Assembly (NCBI GenBank): GCA_963714105.1
Contig: OY970233.1
Coordinates: 225,154-289,153, forward strand
DNA from: an uncultured Actinomycetes bacterium
GTDB lineage: Bacteria; Actinomycetota; Acidimicrobiia; IMCC26256; PALSA-555
Direction of reading: 5' to 3'
Length of the DNA: 64,000 bases
Positions within the stretch are counted from its first letter, which is position 1. Every line of letters begins with the position of its first letter. Position numbers and translations under genes: made by a program. Positions 18,719 through 27,654 of this stretch are shown here, piece after piece. The notes beneath the pieces were generated by a model. The model searched no databases and was not told the origin of the DNA. It worked only from the letters and a program-made list of their open reading frames with translations.

Positions 18719-21514
18719 CTATGAGCAGCCGCTCGTCGCGCCGCAGCTCGGGCAGGCGAAACACGAGCCGGCGCGTTGCATGATGTCGCCACACACGTAG
18801 CACAGCACGACCTCGGCTTCGTGCAGGACGGGCGACGGCTCGGGAGCCGCGGCCGTCTCCTCGCTGATGGCGGATGATGGGGCTCGGTCTTCGAGGGGTA
18901 GCAGGTCACCGCCAGGCTGATTCGGGGTGGTCGCTTCCTCGACTCCGGGCAGTGTCGGCTGCATCCGTTCGTTGATCGTGAAGATCCCGAGGTCGGTCCG
19001 CTCGTCGAAGGTCAGGTACTCGACCGCGAGACGCCGGAAGATGTAATCGACCAGGCTGGTGGCGAACCGGATGTCGGGATCGTCGGTCATGCCTGCGGGT
19101 TCGAAACGCATGTTCGTGAACTTCTCGACGAACGCGCGCAGCGGCACGCCGTACTGGAGACCGAGGCTCACCGCGATCGCGAACGCGTCCATGATCCCGG
19201 ACAGCGTGGAGCCCTGCTTCGCGACTTTCAGGAACACTTCGCCGGGACGGCCGTCCTCGAATTCCCCGACGGTGGCGTACCCGTGACAGTCGGCGACCCG
19301 GAACGAGAACGTCTTCGAGGTGCGGGTCCGTGGGAGCTTCTGACGGACGGGCCGCTGGACGATGACCGTCTCCACGACCCGCTCGACCTGCTGGGCGAGC
19401 GCGTCCTTCGCGTCATCACCGACGGACGTCTTCTTCTGGGTCGCGAGCGGCTGGCCGACCTTGCAGTTGTCGCGGTACAGCGCGACGGCTTTGAGTCCGA
19501 GCTTCCATGCGTCGAGGTACAGCTGTTCGATCTCCTCGACGGTCGTGGTCTCGGGAACGTTCGCGGTCTTGGAGATCGCGCCGCTGATGAACGGCTGCAC
19601 CGCACCCATCATCTTGATATGGCCCATGTAGTGGATGGTGTTGTCACCCATCGAGCAGGCGAAGACGGGGAGATGCTCGGACTTGAACGCGGGCGCTCCG
19701 ATGATGGTCTTCTGCTCTTCGATGTGCTCGATGATCTTGGTGATCTGCTCGTCGGAGTAGCCGAGCTTGGTCAGGGCCCGAGGGATGGTCTGGTTGACGA
19801 TGAGCATCGTGCCCCCACCGACGAGCTTCTTGGCCTTGGTGAGCGCGAGGTCGGGCTCGACGCCGGTCGTGTCGCAGTCCATCATCAGGCCGATCGTCCC
19901 GGTGGGTGCGAGGACGCTGGCCTGCGAGTTCCGCACCCCGTAGACCTCACCGACATCGACAGCTTCGTCCCAGGCCCGCTGCGCGGCGCTCATCAGCTCG
20001 GGGGGAACGACGTCCTCGTCGATCTGGGCGGCTTCGGCGCGGTGCATGCGGAGGACGTTGAGCATCGCGTCGCGGTTCTCCGCGTACCCGGCGAAGGGAC
20101 CCATTCGGCCCGCGGTCCGTGCGCTGGTCGCGTACGCGTGACCGGTCATGAGGGAGGTGATCGCGGCGGCCCACGCCCTCCCGTCGTCGGAGTCGTAGGG
20201 CAGACCCTGGGCCATGAGGAGGGCTCCGAGGTTCGCGTACCCGAGGCCGAGCTGGCGGAACCGTCGGCTGTTCTCGGCGATCTTCTCGGTCGGGTAGTCG
20301 GCGTTGCCGACGAGGATCTCCTGGGCGGTGAACAGGACCTCGACCGTGTGCTCGAAGCCTTCGATGTCGAAGGTGCCGTCCTCGTGCAGGTACTTGAGCA
20401 GGTTGATGCTCGCGAGGTTGCAGGCGGAGTTGTCGACGTGCATGTACTCGGAGCAAGGGTTGCTGGCGTTGATGCGACCGCTGTTCGGCGCGGTGTGCCA
20501 CCGGTTGATCGTGGTGTCGTACTGCATGCCGGGGTCGGCGCACTCCCAGGCCGCCTCGGCGATCTGGCGCATGAGGTCCCGGGCTCGCAGGGTCTTCAGC
20601 GGTTCGCCGCTCTTGACCGCCCGGAGGGCCCACTCACGGTCTTCCTCGACGGCCTCCATGAACTCGTCGGTGACCCGCACTGAGTTGTTGGCGTTCTGGT
20701 ACTGGATCGAGTGCGAGTCGATCCCGTCGAGGTCCATGTCGAACCCGGCGTCGCGCAGCGCCCGCGCCTTGCGCTCCTCGCGGGCTTTGCACCAGACGAA
20801 CTCCTCGACGTCGGGATGGTCGACGTTGAGCACGACCATCTTGGCGGCCCGTCGCGTCTTCCCACCGGACTTGATGGTGCCGGCGGAGGCGTCGGCGCCG
20901 CGCATGAAGCTGACGGGACCGCTCGCGGTGCCGCCACCGGCGAGGTGCTCTTGGGAGGACCGGATGTTCGACAGGTTGATGCCGGACCCGGATCCACCCT
21001 TGAAGATGACTCCTTCTTCTCGGTACCAGTTCAGGATCGCGTCCATGGTGTCGTCGACGGCCAGGATGAAGCAGGCGCTGGCCTGGTTCGGGACGCCGTC
21101 GACCCCGATGTTGAACCACACGGGGCTGTTGAACGCCGCGCGCTGGTGCAAGAGGATGTACTTCAGCTCGTTTCGGAACGCCGCGCCTTCGTGCTCGTCG
21201 ACGAAGTACCCGTCGCGCACCCCCCAGGCGGTGATCGTGTCGACGACGCGGTCGATGACCTGCCGCAGTGACGCTTCCCGCTCGGCGGTGCCGAGCGTCC
21301 CTCGGAAGTACTTCTGGGCGACGATGTTGGTGGCGTTCTGCGACCAGGTGACGGGGAACTCGACGTCGGGCTGGTGGAAGGCGTCGGTGCCGTCCTTGTA
21401 GTTCTGGATCCGGGCGTCCCGGTGCTCCCATTCGACGGTGTCGTAGGGATGCTCGCCCGCCTGCGTGAAGTACCGACGGATACCGATCCCGATCTGCTCC
21501 GGCGCCATCGCCAT
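18719..21514 (-). CDS. nrdJ: vitamin B12-dependent (class II) ribonucleotide reductase
   Basis: FNSPVWFN, ACFI, ASNPCSEY, APTGTIG, GAISKT, TSCPD domain and terminal CxxC...CxxCG...GCS. Confidence 0.97.
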   Translation of the reverse strand: MAMAPEQIGIGIRRYFTQAGEHPYDTVEWEHRDARIQNYKDGTDAFHQPDVEFPVTWSQNATNIVAQKYFRGTLGTAEREASLRQVIDRVVDTITAWGVRDGYFVDEHEGAAFRNELKYILLHQRAAFNSPVWFNIGVDGVPNQASACFILAVDDTMDAILNWYREEGVIFKGGSGSGINLSNIRSSQEHLAGGGTASGPVSFMRGADASAGTIKSGGKTRRAAKMVVLNVDHPDVEEFVWCKAREERKARALRDAGFDMDLDGIDSHSIQYQNANNSVRVTDEFMEAVEEDREWALRAVKSGEPLKTLRARDLMRQIAEAAWECADPGMQYDTTINRWHTAPNSGRINASNPCSEYMHVDNSACNLASINLLKYLHEDGTFDIEGFEHTVEVLFTAQEILVGNADYPTEKIAENSRRFRQLGLGYANLGALLMAQGLPYDSDDGRAWAAAITSLMTGHAYATSARTAGRMGPFAGYAENRDAMLNVLRMHRAEAAQIDEDVVPPELMSAAQRAWDEAVDVGEVYGVRNSQASVLAPTGTIGLMMDCDTTGVEPDLALTKAKKLVGGGTMLIVNQTIPRALTKLGYSDEQITKIIEHIEEQKTIIGAPAFKSEHLPVFACSMGDNTIHYMGHIKMMGAVQPFISGAISKTANVPETTTVEEIEQLYLDAWKLGLKAVALYRDNCKVGQPLATQKKTSVGDDAKDALAQQVERVVETVIVQRPVRQKLPRTRTSKTFSFRVADCHGYATVGEFEDGRPGEVFLKVAKQGSTLSGIMDAFAIAVSLGLQYGVPLRAFVEKFTNMRFEPAGMTDDPDIRFATSLVDYIFRRLAVEYLTFDERTDLGIFTINERMQPTLPGVEEATTPNQPGGDLLPLEDRAPSSAISEETAAAPEPSPVLHEAEVVLCYVCGDIMQRAGSCFACPSCGATSGCS

Positions 21515-21577
21515 GGGCTGGACCCTCCCCCTTGGGTGACTACGGCCGCCTGCCGACGGCCGACCCGCCGCCCCGAA

Positions 21578-21624
21578 CCACTATATCTTGTGGTATTGGG
21601 GTGGGCGGGTACGAGATGCGGGGT
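21578..21624. promoter_or_regulatory. tandem NrdR boxes
   Basis: CCACTATATCTTGTGG (21578-21593) and a degenerate copy GTACGAGATGCGGGGT (21609-21624), 31 bp apart, upstream of nrdJ. Confidence 0.8.
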
Positions 21625-21626
21625 GA

Positions 21627-21655
21627 ATTACACCACTGGAAGTCGCCGACGTCAA
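21627..21655 (-). promoter_or_regulatory. housekeeping-sigma promoter of nrdJ
   Basis: Minus strand TTGACG-N17-TGTAAT directly upstream of the NrdR boxes. Confidence 0.55.
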
Positions 21656-21678
21656 CCGGTGATTCGCCGCTGGGCCGT

Positions 21679-22164
21679 TCAAGCGGGCGCGGGTCGGCGT
21701 CCCCGCTTGGGTGCGGTGGTCTTTCGGAGCTCGCTGACGGCCCGCTCGAAATCGGCGGGTAATTCGAAGCCCTGGTACACGGACGCGAACCGGACGTAGG
21801 AGACGGGGTCGAGGGCCCGGAGTCGTTCGAGGACGGCGACCCCGAGCCGGTCGCTGGAGACCTCGGCTCCTCGGGCGCGGGCTTCCTCTTCGATCTCGAT
21901 GGCGAGGGCGTGCACGGCGGCGGGGTCGACGGGGCTGCCGGCAACGGCTCGCTCGATGCCGCCCGCGAGCTTGGCCCGCTCGAAGGGCTCGCGTTGGCCT
22001 GATCGTTTGACGACGACGAGCGGGAGCTCGACGACCCGTTCCTGGGTGGTGAAGCGCCGTCCGCAGGCCAGGCACTCCCGGCGGCGTCGGACCGCGCCGC
22101 CGTCGTCGGCGGGACGCGAGTCGACGACCTTGTCGTCGTCGAGCTGACAGAACGGGCAGCGCAC
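21679..22164 (-). CDS. nrdR: transcriptional repressor NrdR
   Basis: MRCPFC...VVDSR...RRRRECLAC...RFTTQE plus ATP-cone, YVRFASVY. Confidence 0.97.
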   Translation of the reverse strand: MRCPFCQLDDDKVVDSRPADDGGAVRRRRECLACGRRFTTQERVVELPLVVVKRSGQREPFERAKLAGGIERAVAGSPVDPAAVHALAIEIEEEARARGAEVSSDRLGVAVLERLRALDPVSYVRFASVYQGFELPADFERAVSELRKTTAPKRGRRPAPA

Positions 22165-22214
22165 CGGCTCACGGTATCCCGCCTTCTGGTGCAGCGTGCT
22201 GGCGCCCGGGGGCG

Positions 22215-22607
22215 TCAGTCGGACCAGTGGATGGTCTGGCCGGGGATGAGGGGGCCGTCTCCGTGCTCGGCAGCGAGCTGGTCAACGATCGGGCGGGGAT
22301 CGTCGCCGGGTGCGAGACGGTGGGCGATCCCCCAGAGGGTGTCACCGGGTTGGACGACGATGGTGCGCACGGAGATGGCGGTTGGGCCGCGCCCGGGAGC
22401 TGTGAGGGGTGAGCCCCCGAGCGCGGCGCCCGCCTGCCCTGCCACGACCACGGCCCCGAGCGCGAGCACCGCGAGGGCGATGCGCCGGCGCCGGTAGCGC
22501 GTGGGAGACGTCCGGCGACCGCGCGGGGTGGCTGCGCGTGGCGAGGTCGGGTTCCTCCGTGGAGGCGCCCAGAGCTCGAAGCCGGGGACGGTCGTGACAG
22601 CGGCCAT
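22215..22607 (-). CDS. LysM-domain membrane protein (ChiZ/YneA-like SOS division inhibitor)
   Basis: RYRRRR + TM helix + VVQPGDTLWGIA...LIPGQTI; divergent from lexA. Confidence 0.85.
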   Translation of the reverse strand: MAAVTTVPGFELWAPPRRNPTSPRAATPRGRRTSPTRYRRRRIALAVLALGAVVVAGQAGAALGGSPLTAPGRGPTAISVRTIVVQPGDTLWGIAHRLAPGDDPRPIVDQLAAEHGDGPLIPGQTIHWSD

Positions 22608-22703
22608 ACCTTCTCGTTTCCCTCCCGTGGGTCGTCGGGGTGAGCACACCACGGGGGTGTGACACCGAGCCCGCCGCCCCCGGGGACGACGCCGAGCGCG
22701 GCA

Positions 22704-22788
22704 CGAACAACTGTTCGTCACTCAACCAGAACGGGTGTTCGACGTCAAGGGCTTTTGCGAACGGGTGTTTGCCCCGAACGCATGCTCG
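22704..22788. promoter_or_regulatory. four LexA (SOS) boxes in the lexA/LysM intergenic region
   Basis: CGAAC-AACT-GTTCG (22704), AGAAC-GGGT-GTTCG (22728), CGAAC-GGGT-GTTTG (22758), CGAAC-GCAT-GCTCG (22775). Confidence 0.85.
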
Positions 22789-22804
22789 TGTTACCGTTTT
22801 CGCC

Positions 22805-23431
22805 ATGAGCGACCTCACGCCCCGGCAGCGCCAAGTCCTGGAGTTCATCGATGAGGAGGTGCGGAGCCGCGGCTACCCGCCCAGCGTCCGGGAGATCGGC
22901 GAGGCCGTGGGGCTGTCGTCGAGCTCCACCGTGCACGCCCATCTGGCGGCGCTGCAGGAGAAGGGCTATCTGCGCCGGGATCCCACCAAGCCCCGGGCCC
23001 TGGAGCTGCACTTCGAGTCCGGCTCGGGCGCCGCGCTCGAGCGGCGACCGGTCCGCCACGTGCCGCTGGTCGGCGACGTGGCCGCCGGCACCGGCGTCCT
23101 CGCGGCGGAGAACATCGCCGAGACGGTCCCGATGCCGGAGGACTTCACGGGCGCGGGTCAGCTGTTCATGCTCCGGGTGCGGGGCGAGTCGATGCTCGAG
23201 GCGGGAATCCTCGACGGTGACTACGTTGTGGTCCGCCAGCAGCCGTCCGCGGACCCGGGTGAGATCGTTGTGGCCGGGATCCCGGGCGAGGAGGCGACCG
23301 TGAAGACGTTCCTTCGTCGCCGCGGCAAGGTCGTCCTGCGCCCCGAGAACCCGGCGATGGACGAGTTGGTCTTCGACGCCGACGACGTGACCATCTACGG
23401 GAAGGTCGTCTCGCTCCTGCGCCGCTTCTGA
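22805..23431 (+). CDS. lexA: SOS repressor LexA
   Basis: GYPPSVREIG HTH, VAAG cleavage site, GESM catalytic Ser, ATVK catalytic Lys. Confidence 0.97.
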   Translation: MSDLTPRQRQVLEFIDEEVRSRGYPPSVREIGEAVGLSSSSTVHAHLAALQEKGYLRRDPTKPRALELHFESGSGAALERRPVRHVPLVGDVAAGTGVLAAENIAETVPMPEDFTGAGQLFMLRVRGESMLEAGILDGDYVVVRQQPSADPGEIVVAGIPGEEATVKTFLRRRGKVVLRPENPAMDELVFDADDVTIYGKVVSLLRRF

Positions 23432-23453
23432 CCGGCCCGGCGTCCGGCGACCG

Positions 23454-24281
23454 TCAGGTCGCGACGCCGTGGTCGCGCAGGAGGTCGTTGAGGCGCGCCT
23501 TCTCGTGCCGTTCGCCTTCGGTGAGCCGTTTGATGACCAGAACGCAGGCGAGGCCGAACTCCCCACCGGGGAACGAACGCGACCGGGTGGCGTTGACGGC
23601 GACGCACCAGTCGGGCACGACCCCCCGGCCGAGCTCCTCGCCGGTCTCGGCGTCCACGACGGGGATCGACGAGGTGAGGACGCAACCGGCTCCGAGCACG
23701 ACCCCGCTTCCGACTCGTGCGCCGTTGGCGACGATGCAGCGGCTCCCGATCATCGTGTCGTCACCGACGAACACGGGCGCCGCTTCGGGGGGCTCGAGGA
23801 CCCCACCGATCCCGACACCGCCGGACAGGTGCACCCGAGCGCCGATCTGGGCGCAGGAACCGACCGTGGCCCAGGTGTCGACCATCGTCTCGGCACCGAC
23901 GTGGGCGCCGATGTTGACGTAGCTCGGCATGAGCACCGCGCCGGGTCCGACGTAGGACCCCCACCGGGCTGACCCGCCCGGGACGACCCGCACCCCGGCC
24001 TGCGCGAACCGGTGCTTGAGAGGGATCTTGTCCGCGTACTCGAACGGGCCGAGCTCGGTCGTCTCCATGTCGGAGAGCCGGAAGAGCAGCAGGATCGCCT
24101 GCTTGAGCCACTGGTGGACCACGACCTGGCCGTGATCGAGCTCGGCGACCCGCGCCTCCCCGCCGTCGAGCAGGTCGATCGCGGCGTGCACGACGTCGCG
24201 GGCCGCGTCTCGCGGCATGACCTGGTCGAGGTCGTTCCGGTGCTCCCACAACTCGGTGATCTGGCGCTCGAGCTCGCTCAT
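23454..24281 (-). CDS. dapD: tetrahydrodipicolinate N-succinyltransferase
   Basis: WLKQAILL, DKIPLK, LMPSYVNIGA, MVDTWATVGSCAQIG, GGVLEP. Confidence 0.95.
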   Translation of the reverse strand: MSELERQITELWEHRNDLDQVMPRDAARDVVHAAIDLLDGGEARVAELDHGQVVVHQWLKQAILLLFRLSDMETTELGPFEYADKIPLKHRFAQAGVRVVPGGSARWGSYVGPGAVLMPSYVNIGAHVGAETMVDTWATVGSCAQIGARVHLSGGVGIGGVLEPPEAAPVFVGDDTMIGSRCIVANGARVGSGVVLGAGCVLTSSIPVVDAETGEELGRGVVPDWCVAVNATRSRSFPGGEFGLACVLVIKRLTEGERHEKARLNDLLRDHGVAT

Positions 24282-24332
24282 GGGCGCCAACCCTAGAGGT
24301 CCCGGCCCACGGTCGGGTTCGGGTTCTTGGCG

Positions 24333-25487
24333 TTACCAGCCCGCGATGAGACGGTCGACGATCTCGTCGACCTGCGCGTCGGTGAGTGTCAACGCCAACC
24401 GGGCGTAGGCGCCGCCCGCGTCGCCGTAGAGCTCGCCCGGAGCGACGAGGACACCGAGGCGCGCGAGCTGCGCGGTGAGCGCCCACCCGTCCCCCACCTC
24501 GGGTGCGGTGAGCCAGAGGTAGAAGGTGGAGGGGCCGCCGGCGTGGTGCACCCCGCGCGCGGCCAGCGCGGGCAGCACCCGGCGGCGTCGCTCGGCGTAC
24601 CGGGTGCGCTGCACGTCGACGTGGGTTTCGTCGCCGAGCGCGGCGGCGGCGGCGGCCTGGATGGGGCCGGGGACCATCAACCCGGCGTGCTTGCGCACCT
24701 CGCCGAGGTAGCGGACCAGGTCGGGGTCGCCGGCGACGAACCCGGCGCGCAGCCCGGCCATGTTGGATCGCTTCGAGAGGGAGTGCACGGCGAGGACCTG
24801 CTCGGCACCGGAGGCCAGCGCGGTGACCGGCTTCGCCGGTCGCCCGTCGTCGTCGAAGGTGAACTCGGCGTAGCACTCGTCGCTGGCGACCACGATCCCT
24901 CGGGCTCTCGCCCAGTTGACCGTCGCGTCGAGCGCCTCGGCGCTGAGCGACACGCCGGTCGGGTTGGCCGGGTCGTTCAGCCACAGCACCAGGGCCCGGG
25001 CCGCGTCGTCGGGGTCGACGGCCCCGATGTCGGGGCGCCAGTCGGGGCCGGCGGGGACCGGCACCGCCCGCAGGCCGGCGAGGGTGGCACCCATCTCGTA
25101 GCTCGGATACGAGACCCCGGGGTAGAGGACGGTGTCGCGGGTGGGATCACGAAGCGAGAGCCACCGCGGGAGTGACGCCACGAACTCCTTGGTCCCGATG
25201 CAGGCGACCACGGAGTCGGGCTCCACGGTCACCCCGAACCGCCGGGCGAGCCAGCGCGTCGCCGCGGCCCGATAGTCGGGCGTCCCGACGGTCGGCGGGT
25301 AGCCGCGAGCGGTCCCGAGCGCCGCGTCGAGCGCGGCCCGCACCAGGTCGGGCAGCGGGTCGACGGGTGTTCCGACCGAGGCGTCGATGATCCCGCCCGG
25401 CGCGGACGCGGCCACGGCGCGCACGTCGACGAGCCGGTCATGGGGATACGGCGGGGGAACGAAGCCGCGGGCGCTGCTCACGGGCAT
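24333..25487 (-). CDS. dapC: succinyldiaminopimelate aminotransferase (class I/II PLP)
   Basis: SVGTPVDP, IGTKE, NDPANPTG, SDECY, HSLSKRSNMAGLRAG; adjacent to dapD. Confidence 0.88.
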   Translation of the reverse strand: MPVSSARGFVPPPYPHDRLVDVRAVAASAPGGIIDASVGTPVDPLPDLVRAALDAALGTARGYPPTVGTPDYRAAATRWLARRFGVTVEPDSVVACIGTKEFVASLPRWLSLRDPTRDTVLYPGVSYPSYEMGATLAGLRAVPVPAGPDWRPDIGAVDPDDAARALVLWLNDPANPTGVSLSAEALDATVNWARARGIVVASDECYAEFTFDDDGRPAKPVTALASGAEQVLAVHSLSKRSNMAGLRAGFVAGDPDLVRYLGEVRKHAGLMVPGPIQAAAAAALGDETHVDVQRTRYAERRRRVLPALAARGVHHAGGPSTFYLWLTAPEVGDGWALTAQLARLGVLVAPGELYGDAGGAYARLALTLTDAQVDEIVDRLIAGW

Positions 25488-25515
25488 CCGGTCAGGCTAC
25501 CGCCGCGCGGCTCGT

Positions 25516-26820
25516 TCAGCCGGTGACGAAGTCGCGGAACCGTCCGACGTCCATCTCGTCGATTCGTGCGCGGACGCGGGTTCCCACGTTGTCGTGCACT
25601 TCGATGAGCACTTCACCGTCGCGGTGGAGCGCGGCGAGCACGTCTCCACGGTCGTAGGGGACAACGAGCTCGACGACCGCGGCGAGCGCGCGGAGCCGGT
25701 CGGCGATCGCGGCAAGGAGCTTGTCGACCCCTTCGCCAGTGCGGGCCGAGACCGCCGGGACGGACTCGCTCTGCGCGACCGCCCGCACCTGGGTCGGGTC
25801 GGCGATGTCCACCTTGTTGACGACGAGGAGCTCGGGACGCTCGTCGGCGCCGATCTCGCGCAAGACGCTCCGGACCGCGTCGATCTGGCTCTCCGCGTCG
25901 GGCGCTGAGCCGTCGACGATGTGCACGACGAGGTCGGCGGCGGTGACGACCTCGAGGGTGGAACGGAACGCCTCGACGAGCTGGTGCGGAAGACGACGGA
26001 CGAATCCGACGGTGTCGGAGCAGAGGATGATCTCGCCGCCGGGGAGGCGCAGCCGCCGGGTGGTCGGGTCGAGGGTCGAGAACAGGCGGTCCTCGACCCG
26101 CACGTGGGCGTCGGTCATCCGGTTGAGGAGCGTCGACTTCCCCGCGTTCGTGTAGCCGACGAGCACGACGGTGGGCATCCGGCTGCGCCGCCGAGCCTTG
26201 CTCTGGGTGGCGCGGGTGCGACCAAGCCGCTCCAGGTCCTGTTCGAGCTTCGTGATCCGGCGTTGGATGCGGCGACGGTCGACCTCGAGCTGGGTCTCGC
26301 CGGGCCCTCGGGTTCCGATCCCACCGCCCTGCTGGCTCAACGCCAGACCCCGGCCCCGCAGCCGCGGGAGCCGGTAGCGGAGCTGGGCGAGCTCGACTTG
26401 GAGCATGCCTTCCTGGCTGGTGGCGTGCTGGGCGAAGATGTCGAGGATCAACGCGACGCGGTCCACGACGTCGCGTTCGAACTGCTGCTCCAGGTTCCGC
26501 TGCTGGGCGGGGGTCAGCTCGTCGTCGAAGACGACCACGTCGACGTCGAGGCTGTCGGCGAGGGCGCGGATCTCGTCGGCCTTGCCGGGCCCGACGTAGG
26601 TCGCCGGATCCGGTCGGTCGCGGCGTTGCAGGACCGACTCGACCGTGTCGGCACCGGCGGTGTCGGCGAGGAGCGCGAGCTCCGCGAGGGACGCTTCGGC
26701 CTCGGCGGTGCTGTGGGTGCCGACGCCGGTGCCGACGAGGAGCGCCCGTTGGCGCAGAACCTCGAGATCGACTTCGGTGGCGGTGAGGCGGGGGCGGGAC
26801 CGCCCGGTTCGGTTGCTCAC
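25516..26820 (-). CDS. hflX: GTPase HflX (reads in frame with upstream dapF in this sequence)
   Basis: ELTPAQQRNLE, ILDIFAQHA, RGPGETQLE, GYTNAGKST, DTVGF, NKVD. Confidence 0.95.
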   Translation of the reverse strand: MSNRTGRSRPRLTATEVDLEVLRQRALLVGTGVGTHSTAEAEASLAELALLADTAGADTVESVLQRRDRPDPATYVGPGKADEIRALADSLDVDVVVFDDELTPAQQRNLEQQFERDVVDRVALILDIFAQHATSQEGMLQVELAQLRYRLPRLRGRGLALSQQGGGIGTRGPGETQLEVDRRRIQRRITKLEQDLERLGRTRATQSKARRRSRMPTVVLVGYTNAGKSTLLNRMTDAHVRVEDRLFSTLDPTTRRLRLPGGEIILCSDTVGFVRRLPHQLVEAFRSTLEVVTAADLVVHIVDGSAPDAESQIDAVRSVLREIGADERPELLVVNKVDIADPTQVRAVAQSESVPAVSARTGEGVDKLLAAIADRLRALAAVVELVVPYDRGDVLAALHRDGEVLIEVHDNVGTRVRARIDEMDVGRFRDFVTG

Positions 26821-27654
26821 GTCGGGCCACCGGTCGTCGGGGAGGGTGACGTCGAAGACGTGCACGACTGGGCCGCCGAGGAGGACAGTGTCGCCGAGCT
26901 CCACGGTCAGTTCACCCCCGGGGACGTCGACGGTGACGTGCCCGCCGACAAGATCGCGCCGGTGGGCCACAGCGGCGGCGGCGCAGGCGCCGGTCCCGCA
27001 GGAGAGGGTCTCGCCGACGCCTCGCTCCCAGACCCGCATCCGGAGCCGGTCGGCCCCGTCGACGTTGATGAACTCGACGTTGGTGCGGTTCGGGAAGCGG
27101 GGGTCGTGCTCGAGGTGGGGGCCGTGCTGGGTGACCCGGGTGTGCTCGGGGTCGTCGACGAGGAGGACGAGGTGCGGGTTGCCCATCCCGGCGGCGTCGC
27201 CGTGGTACGTCACGCCGTGGTAGGTCGCCTCGACATCGAAGGCGGTCGAGCCGTCGAAGGGGATGTCCGCGGGGGTGAAGGTGACCCGCCCCATATCGAC
27301 GGTGGCTCGTCGCAGCAGGCCGGTCGTGGCGTCGAGATCGAGCTCCACCGTGCGCCGCCCTGCAGCGGTGCCGACCAGGAGCGTCCGATCGGCGCCGAGG
27401 CCGCGCTCGACGGCAACCCAGGCGAGGCAACGGATCCCGTTGCCGCTCATCTCGGCGGCGCGGCCGTCGGCGTTGAACAGGTCCATGGTGCAGTCGGCGC
27501 CGTCCGCGCCGGACCCGAGGACGAGGAGGCCGTCGGCGCCGATCCCGCGGTGGCGGTCGCAGAGGTGCGCGACGACGGCAGGGGGCGGCGCGGGCGCGTC
27601 GAGCACCAGGAAGTCGTTGCCGGTGGCGTGAAGCTTGCTGAGCCGGACAGTCAC
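26821..27654 (-). CDS. dapF: diaminopimelate epimerase
   Basis: KLHATGNDF, GIGADG, EMSGNGIRC, MGNPH, NVEF, WERGVGETLSCGTG. No stop before hflX as sequenced. Confidence 0.9.

Noticed and set aside
21515-21678. Cobalamin riboswitch before the B12-dependent nrdJ
   Set aside because: The region is short and explained by the promoter and NrdR boxes; no B12-box is seen.
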